Part shown: positions 8,748 to 19,058 of the stretch, in pieces
Layout of the letters: each line of letters starts with the position of its first letter
Position numbering within the stretch: position 1 is the first letter of the stretch
DNA from: a bacterium
Lineage (GTDB): Bacteria; JAAXHH01
Direction of reading: 5' to 3'
DNA length: 64,000 nucleotides
NCBI GenBank assembly: GCA_965200485.1
Contig: CBDAUD010000002.1
Location: 137,939 to 201,938 of the forward strand
Program-made: the position numbers and the translations under genes
Notes under the pieces: model-generated
The model's database searches: none
Told to the model about the DNA's origin: nothing
Seen by the model: only the letters and a program-made list of their open reading frames with translations

Positions 8748-9917
8748 ATGACCCTCGTCCGCTCTTCATGCCTGCGCCTGCTCCTGGTAGTGCTGTTTCC
8801 GGCGGTTCTGTTCCCTGCGGCCGCCTGCGGAACGACGCCGGCGCCCGGCAATGGCAATCCGGAAACCGATCCCGTCCTGTCCCGCATTCAACTGCCGAAG
8901 GGCTTCACGATCGGAATCTACGCAAGGGACGTTCCCAACGCGCGGGCGATGGCCATGGGACCGGGCGGAACGCTATTCGTGGGATCCCGGCGCGCGGGCA
9001 ACGTATACGCCGTGCAGGACCGGAATCGGGACTTCGTCGCCGACGCGGTGCTGGTTCTGGACAGCGGGTTGAAGATGCCCACCGGCATCGCTTTCCGCGA
9101 CGGGGCGCTGTACGTGGCCGAGATCGACCGGGTCCTCCGGTACGACGACATAGAAAACCGGCTCGACGACCCCCCTGAACCGGTCGTGGTCAACCGGGAC
9201 TTTCCGTCCGACCGGCATCATGGCTGGAAATTCATCCGCTTCGGTCCGGACGGCAAGCTGTACGTTCCCGTGGGCGCGCCGTGCAACGTATGCGAACGCA
9301 GCGACCCGCGTTACGCGACCATCATGCGGATGAATCAGGACGGATCGGGCCTGGAGGTCCACGTGCGCGGCGTGCGGAACACCGTGGGCTTCGACTGGCA
9401 TCCGGAATCGGGCGAACTCTGGTTTACCGACAACGGGCGGGACCTGATGGGCAACGACATCCCGCCGGACGAACTGAACCGCGTAACGGTGGCCGGCCAG
9501 CATTTCGGCTTCCCGTATCACCACGGCGTCGATGTGCCCGATCCCGAATTCGGCGGCAGACGCCCACCGGAAAACTTGGTGCCGCCCGCGCAGGAACTCG
9601 GTCCGCACGTGGCCGCCGTGGGCATGCGGTTCTACACCGGCACCATGTTTCCGGCCGGCTACCGTAATCAGGTGTTCATCGCGGAACATGGATCCTGGAA
9701 TCGGGACAGCAAGATCGGCTACCGTATCACCCTCGTGCGACTGGACGGTAGCGAGGCGACCGGATACGAAGACTTCGCTACGGGCTGGCTGGAGGACGAG
9801 GAAGTCTACGGCCGACCTGCCGACGTGGAAGTCATGCCCGACGGGTCCCTCCTCGTATCCGACGATTACGCCGGGATGATCTATCGGATCACCTACGACA
9901 ACGAATCGGCAAACTGA
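8748..9917 (+). CDS. PQQ-dependent sugar dehydrogenase (soluble aldose/sorbosone dehydrogenase family), lipoprotein
   Basis: Signal peptide plus lipobox AAACGT. Beta-propeller motifs (GIAFRDGALYVAE, ELWFTDNGRD, GFPYHHG) typical of the GSDH family. Confidence 0.75.
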   Translation: MTLVRSSCLRLLLVVLFPAVLFPAAACGTTPAPGNGNPETDPVLSRIQLPKGFTIGIYARDVPNARAMAMGPGGTLFVGSRRAGNVYAVQDRNRDFVADAVLVLDSGLKMPTGIAFRDGALYVAEIDRVLRYDDIENRLDDPPEPVVVNRDFPSDRHHGWKFIRFGPDGKLYVPVGAPCNVCERSDPRYATIMRMNQDGSGLEVHVRGVRNTVGFDWHPESGELWFTDNGRDLMGNDIPPDELNRVTVAGQHFGFPYHHGVDVPDPEFGGRRPPENLVPPAQELGPHVAAVGMRFYTGTMFPAGYRNQVFIAEHGSWNRDSKIGYRITLVRLDGSEATGYEDFATGWLEDEEVYGRPADVEVMPDGSLLVSDDYAGMIYRITYDNESAN

Positions 9918-9938
9918 TCGGACTGGAGTTGCGCGCCG

Positions 9939-11747
9939 GTGTCAGACCACATCAGCGTACTACCCGAGAAGCTGGCGAATCAGATCGCCGCAGGCGAGGT
10001 GATCGAACGGCCCGCCTCGGTCGTAAAGGAACTGGTCGAAAACGCCATCGACGCGGGTGGCCTGCGTATTTCCGTGGAGATCAAGGGGGGCGGCAAGCAA
10101 CTCATACGCGTCATGGACAATGGCAGGGGCATGGGCCGGGCGGACGCCTCGCTGGCTTTTGCGCGCCATGCAACCAGCAAAATTTCGGACGAAGAGGATC
10201 TCTGCCGCATTGGTACGTTGGGGTTTCGGGGGGAAGCGCTGGCTGCCATCGCCTCCGTGGCCCGGGTCGATCTGACGACGAATACGGCGGGGGAAGCGGC
10301 GGGCACCCGGGTTCGCGTCGATGGCGGGTCGGCCCCGCAAGTCGGAGATGCCGGCCGTGCGCAGGGCACCACGGTCTCCGTCTCCCAGCTGTTCTACAAT
10401 GTGCCGGCACGTCGGAAATTCCTGCGGAAGGCGGGTACGGAAACGCGCCATATCGTTTCGACCGTGTCCACGATGGCTATGGCCCATCCGGAAATCGCCT
10501 TCTCGCTGACGGTGGATGGAAAGGAAAGCCTGTCCCTTCCCCCGGTCTCCAACACGTACGCCCGTGCCCAGGCCGTCATGGGCAATGCGCTGTTGGATCA
10601 CATGATGCCGGTCGCCTACGATGACGAGCTGGTCAAGATACACGGATTCATCAGCCGTCCCGACGCCACTAGGGTTTCCCGCACGCACCAGTACCTGTTC
10701 ATCAACCAGCGCCCGGTATCCAGTCGCGCGCTCAATCGCGCCGTGTTCGAAGGGTATGGATCCATTCTCCCCAGGGACCGGTATCCCGTATCCATCGTTT
10801 TTCTGACGGTCGATCTCGACCAGGTGGACGTCAACGTCCATCCGGCGAAACGCGAAATCCGGTTCGCCGACGAGTCCAGCGTGTACAAGCGGCTGTTGCG
10901 GGCTGTTCGTCTGGCGCTGCAGACTTCGGACGTGGTGCCGGTTTTCGAAACGGATACGCCGGACGCGTCCACCATGACGCCGGCTGCAGCGCCGATAAAC
11001 GGGGGCGAAACCGGTGCGGGATCAATCATGGAACGCCGAACGCAGATCGATCTGTTCGGACCGGTCCGACGTGGCGCCGACGCCGCTTCGGAAACCTGGA
11101 CCTATACCCCGGGCGATCCGGGGCCGGAAGGCGCCGGCGAAGCGCGGCAGGGAACCGTCAGGGAGGATGCCCAGGGGGCGCTGGTGTCATTCTGGCAGCT
11201 GCACAACGCCTACATCGTCGCGCAGGTAAGGGATGGATTCATCCTGATAGACCAGTACGCCGCCCATGAACGCGTGCTGTTCGAACGCGCGTTGCAAACG
11301 ATGGACCGGGAATCCGCGCCTTCCCAGCAATTGTTGTTTCCTGTGACGTTGGATCTCATGGTGCCGCAGTTCGCCCTCGTCCAGGAACACTTCGATCTGT
11401 TCGGCAGGCTGGGATTCAGTTTGAAACTGTTCGGTGAGCGGACCGTGGTCGTGGATGCCGTCCCCTGCGCGGCGCACAACCAGGGGGAGGATACGTTGTT
11501 CCCGCGCATGGTCGAGAACCTGCAGAACCTCTCGGCCAGGGACCTCAATCCGGCGGAGCGTATCGCACGCACTTTTTCCTCCCACGCGGGCATCAGGAAG
11601 GGGGATCCGCTGTCTCAGCAAGAGATGAACACCCTCGTGAACGATTTGTTCGCCACGGAAATGCCCTATGTGACGCCCAGCGGCCGGCCGGTCCTCGTGC
11701 GCATGCCGCTTGAAGAGATCGAGCGCCGGTTCAACAGGGCCCCTTAG
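9939..11747 (+). CDS. mutL: DNA mismatch repair protein MutL
   Basis: N-terminal GHKL ATPase LANQIAAGEVIERPASVVKELVENAIDAGG, GFRGEAL motif; the C-terminal dimerisation domain carries a QGEDT motif that resembles the MutL endonuclease-type motif (DQHAxxERxxxE-like), which I could not confirm by eye. Confidence 0.9.
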   Translation: MSDHISVLPEKLANQIAAGEVIERPASVVKELVENAIDAGGLRISVEIKGGGKQLIRVMDNGRGMGRADASLAFARHATSKISDEEDLCRIGTLGFRGEALAAIASVARVDLTTNTAGEAAGTRVRVDGGSAPQVGDAGRAQGTTVSVSQLFYNVPARRKFLRKAGTETRHIVSTVSTMAMAHPEIAFSLTVDGKESLSLPPVSNTYARAQAVMGNALLDHMMPVAYDDELVKIHGFISRPDATRVSRTHQYLFINQRPVSSRALNRAVFEGYGSILPRDRYPVSIVFLTVDLDQVDVNVHPAKREIRFADESSVYKRLLRAVRLALQTSDVVPVFETDTPDASTMTPAAAPINGGETGAGSIMERRTQIDLFGPVRRGADAASETWTYTPGDPGPEGAGEARQGTVREDAQGALVSFWQLHNAYIVAQVRDGFILIDQYAAHERVLFERALQTMDRESAPSQQLLFPVTLDLMVPQFALVQEHFDLFGRLGFSLKLFGERTVVVDAVPCAAHNQGEDTLFPRMVENLQNLSARDLNPAERIARTFSSHAGIRKGDPLSQQEMNTLVNDLFATEMPYVTPSGRPVLVRMPLEEIERRFNRAP

Positions 11748-11918
11748 GCGGTCGAAGCGCCGGTGGGCCTCGCGCTATCCCCGTGCTTGACATCATATTT
11801 GCCAACTCATACTTTAAAATAGAGTCGAACGGAGGCTGTGTACCGGGACGTGTCTCGTCCCGAGGGATACCGTCCAGGCGCGGGGCCTTACGCGCGTCGG
11901 CCTCATGGAGCGTCCCAT

Positions 11919-12359
11919 ATGTTCGAGAGGCGGCAGGATCCACCCGGTTGCGGCGTGACGCTGGAACTTGCGATTCCCAGCAAGCCCGAGTTGGCGGCGG
12001 AGGTGGATCGGCGCATAGCGGACCTCACCGCACGGGCAGGCTATGACCAGGGCATATGCGGCGACATCATGATCGCCGTGAACGAAGCGGTAAAGAACGC
12101 GATACTGCATGGGAACCAGTGCGACGAGTCCAAGCAGGTCATCATCACCTGCAACTGCAGTTCGACCGAGTTCCGCATCCACATCTGCGACCGCGGCCCT
12201 GGTTTCGACCCCGAATCCCTGCCGGATCCCCGCAAGCCGGACAATCTGCTCAAGGAGACCGGCCGGGGCATCCTGATGATCCGGTCGCTCATGGACGAAG
12301 TGAAATATGACGTGACGGAAAGCGGCACGGGCGTGACGCTGATCAAGTACGGCGAGTGA
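11919..12359 (+). CDS. Anti-sigma regulatory factor (serine protein kinase, RsbW/SpoIIAB-like HATPase_c_2)
   Basis: GHKL-type motifs VNEAVKNAILHG and DRGPGFD, with a TGRGILMIRSLMD lid. ATG at 11919 chosen by homology length. Confidence 0.7.
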   Translation: MFERRQDPPGCGVTLELAIPSKPELAAEVDRRIADLTARAGYDQGICGDIMIAVNEAVKNAILHGNQCDESKQVIITCNCSSTEFRIHICDRGPGFDPESLPDPRKPDNLLKETGRGILMIRSLMDEVKYDVTESGTGVTLIKYGE

Positions 12360-12367
12360 GGAGACGC

Positions 12368-13399
12368 ATGGAGTACGTAGAACTTCGCAGCGATACCATG
12401 ACCAAACCGACGCCTGCGATGCGCCGGGCCATGGCCAACGCCGAAGTCGGCGATGACTGTTTCGGAGAAGACCCCTCGGTCTGCAGGCTGGAAGAAGCCA
12501 TGGCCGTCATGCTCGGCAAGGAGGCCGGCCTGTTCGTCACGAGCGGAACGCAGGGAAATCAGGTTGCCGTCCGGTCGCAGACGCATCACGGCAATGACAT
12601 CATCACGGAAGAGTACAGCCACGTATTCAACGCGGAAGCCGGCGCCCTCGGTGCGCTGTCCGGGGTGCAGGTTCGGCTGCTGAAAGGTGAACGCGGCGTT
12701 TTCACGCCTGCGCAGATAGAGGAATTGATACAGCGTGGAGACAATGTGCATTATGGCAGGACCGCGCTCGTCGCCGTGGAGAACACCCACAACAAATCCG
12801 GGGGGTATCCCTGGCCCGTGGATGCCCTGTCCCGGATCGGCGCATACGCGCGGTCAAACCGCCTGCGCGTACACATGGACGGCGCCCGACTGTTCAACGC
12901 CTGCGCAGCTACAGGCCTTTCAGCCCAAACTTATACGCAGCACATCGACACGGTTACCGTATGCCTTTCCAAGGGCCTGGGCGCCCCGGTAGGCAGTGTG
13001 CTGGCGGGTGACCGGGCTACGATCGATGCTGGCCGGTACTACCGCAAGATGTTCGGCGGCGGTATGCGTCAGGCGGGCGTGCTGGCGGCTGCCGGCCTCT
13101 ACGCAATGGAGCACAATATCAGCCGGCTTGAGGAAGACCATGTGCACGCCGGTCGATTGGCCAAAGCGCTCGCCGAAATCGACACGGTAGAGATCGACCT
13201 GAACGAGATACACAGCAACATGGTCTTTTTCCGCCTGCGGAACGGTCTCGACCCCTTCGAGGCCGTCGACCGGCTTTCGGAAGAAGGGGTCAGGATGCTG
13301 GCCATGAAACCCGGTGTCATCCGGGCGGTTACCCATCTGGATGTGAGCAGCGACCAGATCAGCCGGGCTATTGAGGTCTGCAGGCGGGTGCTGAGCTGA
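12368..13399 (+). CDS. ltaE: Low-specificity L-threonine aldolase (beta-eliminating lyase family)
   Basis: ELRSDTMTKPTPAMRRAMANAEVGDDCFGEDPS..GTQGNQ..; PLP-lysine region VCLSKGLGAPVGS. GAGGAG ribosome-binding site before the ATG at 12368. Confidence 0.85.
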   Translation: MEYVELRSDTMTKPTPAMRRAMANAEVGDDCFGEDPSVCRLEEAMAVMLGKEAGLFVTSGTQGNQVAVRSQTHHGNDIITEEYSHVFNAEAGALGALSGVQVRLLKGERGVFTPAQIEELIQRGDNVHYGRTALVAVENTHNKSGGYPWPVDALSRIGAYARSNRLRVHMDGARLFNACAATGLSAQTYTQHIDTVTVCLSKGLGAPVGSVLAGDRATIDAGRYYRKMFGGGMRQAGVLAAAGLYAMEHNISRLEEDHVHAGRLAKALAEIDTVEIDLNEIHSNMVFFRLRNGLDPFEAVDRLSEEGVRMLAMKPGVIRAVTHLDVSSDQISRAIEVCRRVLS

Positions 13400-13408
13400 C
13401 TGATCCGA

Positions 13409-14464
13409 TCAGAAGGTGTAGGTCATCTCGAAGGCGAAGTTGACCTTGGACTTCTCCGAATCCCCGAAAATAGCCTCGTCCGCGAAATCCCTTCGGAGTT
13501 CCATGAGGAACCCGAGCCCGTCCGTCAGCGCGAAAGTCGGCGCGATGGTGAGGGCCTGTTGGGTGACGTTCAATGCCGCGCCATGATGATGATCGTCGTG
13601 ATCATCGCCCGTTTCCTCCCTGGCGAAGTAGTCGTATCTGCCCGTCAAGCCCATGATGTCGGTAAGCGTCAAGTGCGCCATCACCTGAAACCCATTCCAG
13701 CTGTCTTCCTCGTGGTGGGTCCTCCGTTCCGTTTTACCGATATTGTACTCTCCGCCTATGAGGAGTTTCGGGGTGGGCGTAATGAGCAGGTCGAAGTCGT
13801 ACATCGTCAGGTCGTTCGGGGAGCCCGGCCGCTCGCCCCGCATGGCCGCGAACCCTATCCCGCCGTACACGTCGTGGCGGTACCCGATTCGGCCGCCGAT
13901 CATCTTTTTCATGTTCTTGTCGACATTCTGGTCCGATCCGTTCGAAAGGTGTACTGCCGCGTCGATACCGCTGCCCAGGTCCATGGACAGCATGGCGCCG
14001 GAGATCGTGTAGGGTAACGCCATCAGAAAGACCAGCGAGTTTGAATACTGGTACATGAACGGGGGGTCCCCGGATTCGATCCCCATGGGCGCGTGGAATT
14101 TTCCGACGGTCAGGGTCGGGTAGGTTCCATCGGTCCTTCCCATCCCGAGATTCAGGGTCATGTATCCCTGCTCCGCGTTGACCCCAAAACCGCCCTCGCC
14201 GTCGTTCGTCCAGTCCACGTCAACCCGCAGCGAACCGATATCCCCGAAGTTCCTTTCCAGGACGATTTCGACTTGGTCAAGACCGAAGGTGTTCGAATCG
14301 TCCGTATTGGTATAGGTGTAGCTGGCGTCGACGAATCCAGAGATTCCAACCAGATCGGTAAGGGCCGAAGCGCCGTCTTCGGTCTCTTGGGCGCCGGCGT
14401 TCCAGGTCATGCCCAAGGCGACCGAAAGCCATGCCGCGCATCGTGGCAAAAAACGGATAGGCAT
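13409..14464 (-). CDS. Outer-membrane beta-barrel porin-like protein, paralog 1, with Asp/His-rich loop ETGDDHDDHHHG
   Basis: Signal peptide MPIRFLPRCAAWLSVALGMTWNAGA-QE. Amphipathic beta-strand pattern. C-terminal beta-signal ..FAFEMTYTF ending in Phe. Confidence 0.7.
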   Translation of the reverse strand: MPIRFLPRCAAWLSVALGMTWNAGAQETEDGASALTDLVGISGFVDASYTYTNTDDSNTFGLDQVEIVLERNFGDIGSLRVDVDWTNDGEGGFGVNAEQGYMTLNLGMGRTDGTYPTLTVGKFHAPMGIESGDPPFMYQYSNSLVFLMALPYTISGAMLSMDLGSGIDAAVHLSNGSDQNVDKNMKKMIGGRIGYRHDVYGGIGFAAMRGERPGSPNDLTMYDFDLLITPTPKLLIGGEYNIGKTERRTHHEEDSWNGFQVMAHLTLTDIMGLTGRYDYFAREETGDDHDDHHHGAALNVTQQALTIAPTFALTDGLGFLMELRRDFADEAIFGDSEKSKVNFAFEMTYTF

Positions 14465-14583
14465 TATTCAGTCTCGCGTGAAATCCCGCGCCGGCACGAT
14501 CTTAGCGGCGACCTGCCTTGACGGGCGTGGCACCCAGGCCAAGCGGGCCGGCCGGCGCTGCTTGCAATCGTTTGCCGGCTTGA

Positions 14584-15639
14584 TCAGAAGGTATAGGTCA
14601 TCTCGAACGCGAAATTGACCATGGACTTCTCCGAATCCCCGAAAATCGCGTCGTCCGAGAAATCCCTGCGGAGTTCCATGAGGAACCCGAGTCCGTCCGT
14701 CAGCGCGAAAGTCGGCGCGATGGTGAGGGCCTGCTGGGTGACGTTCAATGCCTCGCCATGATGATGATCGTCGTGATCATCGCCCGTTTCCTCCCTGGCG
14801 AAGTAGTCGTACCTGCCCGTCAAACCCATGACGTCGTTAAGACGGTAGTGCGCCATCACCATGAAGCCGTTCCAGTCGTTTTCCCTGCTTGTTGCCCGCT
14901 CTTCCGTTTTGCCGTTGTTGTATTCCCCCCCCAGGGTGAGCTCCGGGGTCGGCGTCAGGGTAAGGTCGATGTCGACGACCGTCAGATTGCCCGTGTGCCC
15001 CGCCTCGTCGCCCCGCATGGCGGAGAACCCGACCCCGCCGAGTTCCTCGTGACTGTAGCCGATTCGTCCGCCGATCATCTTGCTGGTATTCGAGTCTACG
15101 TTCTGGTCCCATCCGTTCGTGAGATGCACCACGACGTCGAGGCCGCCGCCCAGGTCCATGCCCAGCATGGCGCCGGTCAGGTTCGTGGGCAGTCCCATGT
15201 CGAAGACCAGCGCGTGGGAAAACTGGTACATGTCCGGAGCGTCCAGGAGCTCGAATCCGATGGGCGCGTTGAATTTGCCGAAGGTCAGGGTCGGGTAGTT
15301 CCCTTCGCTCCTTCCCATACCAAGATTCAGGGTGACGTATCCCTGTTCCGCATCGAGCGCGAAGCCGCCCTCGCCGTCGCTCACCCATTCCAGGTCGGCC
15401 CGCAGCGTACCGATATCTCCCAGGTTCCTCGCCAGGTCTATCTCCACCTGGTCGAGACCGAAGGTGTTCGAATCGTCCGTATTGGTATAGGTGTAGCTTG
15501 CGTCAACAAATCCCGAGATTTCAACCAGATCGGCAAGGGCTGAACCGCTTTCTTCGGTTTCCTGCGCACCGGTGGTCCAGGCCATGCACAACATGACCGG
15601 TACCCACGCGGCGCATCGTCGTAACAAGAAGGTAGACAT
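14584..15639 (-). CDS. Outer-membrane beta-barrel porin-like protein, paralog 2 (tandem duplicate), same DDHDDHHHG loop
   Basis: About 75% identical to paralog 1 overall; the C-terminal ~100 aa are nearly identical. Start chosen at MSTFLLRRCAAW (15639) to match paralog 1 and a GAGGAG ribosome-binding site. The track ORF extends to 15699. Confidence 0.7.
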   Translation of the reverse strand: MSTFLLRRCAAWVPVMLCMAWTTGAQETEESGSALADLVEISGFVDASYTYTNTDDSNTFGLDQVEIDLARNLGDIGTLRADLEWVSDGEGGFALDAEQGYVTLNLGMGRSEGNYPTLTFGKFNAPIGFELLDAPDMYQFSHALVFDMGLPTNLTGAMLGMDLGGGLDVVVHLTNGWDQNVDSNTSKMIGGRIGYSHEELGGVGFSAMRGDEAGHTGNLTVVDIDLTLTPTPELTLGGEYNNGKTEERATSRENDWNGFMVMAHYRLNDVMGLTGRYDYFAREETGDDHDDHHHGEALNVTQQALTIAPTFALTDGLGFLMELRRDFSDDAIFGDSEKSMVNFAFEMTYTF

Positions 15640-15759
15640 TTCACTGACTCCTCGGTCAGATGATTGAAAAGAAAACGCGCGATTAATGACTGATTTCAAT
15701 TGTAGAAGGAAGTCCTCATCAAGAAGAAACCACCAAATTGCATGTTGTCAAATGAAACG

Positions 15760-17829
15760 TTACCAATTCATGAAACGATCGATACGCTGGCGCGCTCCGG
15801 CGACGAGTAGCACGTCATCTTCCTGGATCACATAATCCGGCGAGGGCACGAAGTGCGACTGGTCGATCCCGTGGCCGCGTTTCCTAATGAGCAGGATCTG
15901 CACCTCGTGCCGGCTGCGGATCTGAAGGCGCCGAATGCTGCGGGCGGTAAAGCGGTCCGGCGCGCTGATTTCGACCATGGCGTAATCGCTCCCCAGCTGA
16001 ACGACCTGGTTTCCGGTCAGCGCGTTCACCATGCTGCCGAATTCGCCGGCCAGATCCCGGCTTGCGGCCTCCCGGTTGTAGGCGTCCATGACATGTTCCC
16101 GGCTGACGGCGCCGACCAGTCGACCCGTCCCGGGTTCCACCACGGGAAAGGCGTTCACATGATGCTGGCCAAACCACAGCATGACCTGGTCCAGCGTGTC
16201 GTCGTCCATGACCGTAGGAAGATCGAACTGCGCAATGTCATGCGCCACGATAACGCCTTCGAGATCCGCGCCGTAGGCAACGAGCCGGCGAATGCGGTCA
16301 AAGGTGACGGTGCCTCGGTAGCGCGCGTCCTCGTCGGTGATGTAAAACTCCGTCTGGTTACTTTCGGACAAGCGGGTCATCAGTTCGTCGAGGGACGCTT
16401 CGGGCGGGATTGTTTCAAAGAGGGTCCCCCGGGCCTGCCGCACGCTCAGCGACCGCAGGATATTCGTTTCCTGGCGCTTTTCAAGGTCCACGTTTCGCCT
16501 CAGGAGGCGCAGGGTGTATACGGAAGGCTTGAGCAAATAGGCGGACAGCGCCGTACTGACGATGACGGAAAAGGCGAGTGGCAGGATCAGCTGGTAATTG
16601 CCGGTCATCTCGAAGATCATCAGCATCGATGTGATGGGCGTCCGGGTGGTCGACGCCACCAGAGCGCCCATCCCGACCAGCGCGTAGGCGCCCCCGGTGG
16701 CTGTCGCAGCGGGCAACAGGCGGTTGACCAGGGCGCCGAAAGTCCCCCCCAGCATGCATCCGACGAACAGGGATGGCGCGATGACACCGCCGGTTGCACC
16801 CGAACCCAGGGTGAAGGACGTGGCGGCGATTTTCATGAAGACGAGGACAAGGAGCAGTTGCCACCCCAGTTCGGAGAACAAGGCCCGGTCCATGGTTTCG
16901 TATCCCACGCCCAGGATCTGTGGATAAAGCAGGGCCAGGGTGCCGACGAGCAGACCGCCGGTCATCGGTTTCAGGTAATCGGGAAGCGGCACTTTGCCGT
17001 AGAGGTCTTCCATCCCGTAAATCGCCCGCACGAAGAGGGTGCCCACGATTGCAGCCAGGATGCCCAGCACGGCGTACAGGGCAATTTCGAGCGGATGAAG
17101 ATTCACCGCATGCGGAGGCACGACGAAGGCCGGCTGGTTGCCCAGGAAGTGACGCGAGATGGCAGTGGCTACCACCGAGGAAATCACGATGGGGCTGAAC
17201 CGGCTGAAGGAGAAATTGCCCAAAATGACTTCGAGAGAGAACAATGCGCCCGCGATCGGCGTGTTGAAGGTTGCCGCTATGCCTGCCGCCGCGCCGCAAC
17301 CGACGAAGGTGCGCATGCGATGGGCGTTTACGCGGGACAACTGGCCGAAGGTGGATCCGATGGACGCGCCGATCTGGGCGATGGGCCCCTCGCGACCTAC
17401 CGACAGGCCGGTGCCTATGCTGATGGCTGTGGCCAATGAGGTCTCCGCGGCGACCCGAGGTTTGATGCGGCCGCCGCGCAGGGCCACGGCTTCCATCACA
17501 TCCGGCAGTCCGCGGGCTTCGCGGCAGCTGAACCAGAGCAGCACACCTGCGATCAGCCCGCCGGCGGTGGGTACGGCGAGCACCGTCAACGTATTCGGCG
17601 CACCGCTTTCGGGTGATGCGCCGTCCCAGGCGACGGATTCGATAAACAGCACCAGCTCGCGAAACGCAATCGCGCCTCCCGCGCCGAGGATACCGATCAG
17701 TACCGCGGCGCCGATCATGAAGACCTGGTCGGTCGTCCTCATGCGTTCGATATTGGCGTGCAGACGCTGCCTGAAGCGGCGTACCATGACGCGCCAGAGA
17801 CGAAACACCCGCAACCGGGACATATTCAT
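15760..17829 (-). CDS. ClC-family voltage-gated chloride channel / H+-Cl- antiporter with C-terminal CBS pair and TrkA-C (RCK_C) domain
   Basis: Selectivity motifs GLSVGREGP, GSGATGGVIAPS and GxFxP-like elements. About 10 transmembrane helices. C-terminal CBS-like and TrkA_C-like segments. Exact start among several N-terminal Met codons is uncertain. Confidence 0.8.
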   Translation of the reverse strand: MNMSRLRVFRLWRVMVRRFRQRLHANIERMRTTDQVFMIGAAVLIGILGAGGAIAFRELVLFIESVAWDGASPESGAPNTLTVLAVPTAGGLIAGVLLWFSCREARGLPDVMEAVALRGGRIKPRVAAETSLATAISIGTGLSVGREGPIAQIGASIGSTFGQLSRVNAHRMRTFVGCGAAAGIAATFNTPIAGALFSLEVILGNFSFSRFSPIVISSVVATAISRHFLGNQPAFVVPPHAVNLHPLEIALYAVLGILAAIVGTLFVRAIYGMEDLYGKVPLPDYLKPMTGGLLVGTLALLYPQILGVGYETMDRALFSELGWQLLLVLVFMKIAATSFTLGSGATGGVIAPSLFVGCMLGGTFGALVNRLLPAATATGGAYALVGMGALVASTTRTPITSMLMIFEMTGNYQLILPLAFSVIVSTALSAYLLKPSVYTLRLLRRNVDLEKRQETNILRSLSVRQARGTLFETIPPEASLDELMTRLSESNQTEFYITDEDARYRGTVTFDRIRRLVAYGADLEGVIVAHDIAQFDLPTVMDDDTLDQVMLWFGQHHVNAFPVVEPGTGRLVGAVSREHVMDAYNREAASRDLAGEFGSMVNALTGNQVVQLGSDYAMVEISAPDRFTARSIRRLQIRSRHEVQILLIRKRGHGIDQSHFVPSPDYVIQEDDVLLVAGARQRIDRFMNW

Positions 17830-17852
17830 GGGATGCCCGCTTCACCTTCGCC

Positions 17853-18992
17853 TTGTCATCAACGAGGAATTACCGTATCATACATTCTAATCGACCACCG
17901 TGGTTTAGTCAATTTCTGCCAGGGGAAGCGGCGAACGTGACCGACGATTTCATTATACCACTGCCCGACACGTCGGATTGGGGGAAGCCCGACCAGGGAA
18001 TCAAGGTAAAGCCCGTCGAGGGCCGCGGCATCCTGATGCGGGACTGCCAGGTCGGCAGGGCGGGCGAGGTGCCGGACTTGGCGCCCGAAGGCCGGGGACT
18101 CGCGCAGCGCGGATCGGTGGTCGATCCCGGCACGCCGGATTTCGGCTTCCCCATCAGGGAAAAGAAGCTGGTTTGGGCCGACAACATCGCGGAACTGTAC
18201 GAGCAGGGCAAGGCGGGGCAGTGGGACGCCACGACCGACATCCCATGGCACGATCTGCCCGAATTGCCGGACGATCTGGAGCAGGCCGTGTGTCAGGTCA
18301 TGACCTTTCTGATCCAGAACGAATATCTGGCCATGTATCTGCCGGCCAAGTTCATGAACCGGATCGATCCCCAGTTTTCCGAAGTGGTCCTCTTCCTGGC
18401 CACGCAGGTCATGGACGAGGCCCGTCACGCCGAGGTTTTCACCAAGCGGGCGCTCGCCAACGGCGGCGGCCTGCAGTACGTTTCAGCCGCCACGGAATGG
18501 TCCCTGCGCAGTCTGCTTGCCCAGGACGACTATGCGAACGGCTCGTTTCTGATGCACGTGCTGGGCGAGGGGACCTTCATGGAGCTGCTGATGTTTCTGG
18601 AACAGGTCGCTCCCGATCCGGTGACCGCCCGGACCTTCAAGTTGGCACGCCAGGACGAGGGACGGCACGTGGGGTACGGCATATCCCATTTCGCCTACCA
18701 CATAGAACAGGATCCGTCGATAAAGGACGATCTGATGCGGGCGGCCGAGGAACGGACGCTGTTTCTGCAGCAGGCCTCCGGCTCCAGCCCCTTCGTGTTG
18801 AAGGCCATGATGACGCTGGCCGGCGGCGGAACCCACCCGGAGCAACTCGCCCGGGGCCGCGACGCGGTGGAGGGACTCTACGAGGAAATGCACCGCAAGC
18901 GCGTACGGGAACTCGTATCGATCGGATTCGATCGTCCGGACGCCGAACGCATATCGCATCTCCACGGCAGCGGGGTGCGCAACTTCATGTAA
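17853..18992 (+). CDS. Ferritin-like diiron oxygenase (AurF / R2-like family)
   Basis: Two ExxH diiron ligand motifs (QVMDEARHAEVF and ARQDEGRHVGYG) plus additional helix Glu/His residues. An N-terminal ~60 aa of low-complexity sequence suggests the real start may be downstream (candidate GTG near 17936). Confidence 0.6.
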   Translation: MSSTRNYRIIHSNRPPWFSQFLPGEAANVTDDFIIPLPDTSDWGKPDQGIKVKPVEGRGILMRDCQVGRAGEVPDLAPEGRGLAQRGSVVDPGTPDFGFPIREKKLVWADNIAELYEQGKAGQWDATTDIPWHDLPELPDDLEQAVCQVMTFLIQNEYLAMYLPAKFMNRIDPQFSEVVLFLATQVMDEARHAEVFTKRALANGGGLQYVSAATEWSLRSLLAQDDYANGSFLMHVLGEGTFMELLMFLEQVAPDPVTARTFKLARQDEGRHVGYGISHFAYHIEQDPSIKDDLMRAAEERTLFLQQASGSSPFVLKAMMTLAGGGTHPEQLARGRDAVEGLYEEMHRKRVRELVSIGFDRPDAERISHLHGSGVRNFM

Positions 18993-19058
18993 ACCGCGTT
19001 GCGGGAAGCGCGGCAAGCCGGGCATGCGAGGCGGAAGAGACGTCGCGAAAGGATCTTC

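Noticed and set aside
8618-9178. 186-aa plus-strand ORF overlapping the start of the PQQ-dependent dehydrogenase gene.
   Set aside because: Alternate frame of the well-supported 8748..9917 gene. Arg/Gly-rich translation with no signal peptide.
11783-12046. 87-aa ORF upstream of and overlapping the RsbW-like gene, and the track ORF start at 11838.
   Set aside because: Homology to anti-sigma-factor kinases begins at MFERRQ (11919). Upstream codons are Pro/Arg/Gly-rich and likely non-coding.
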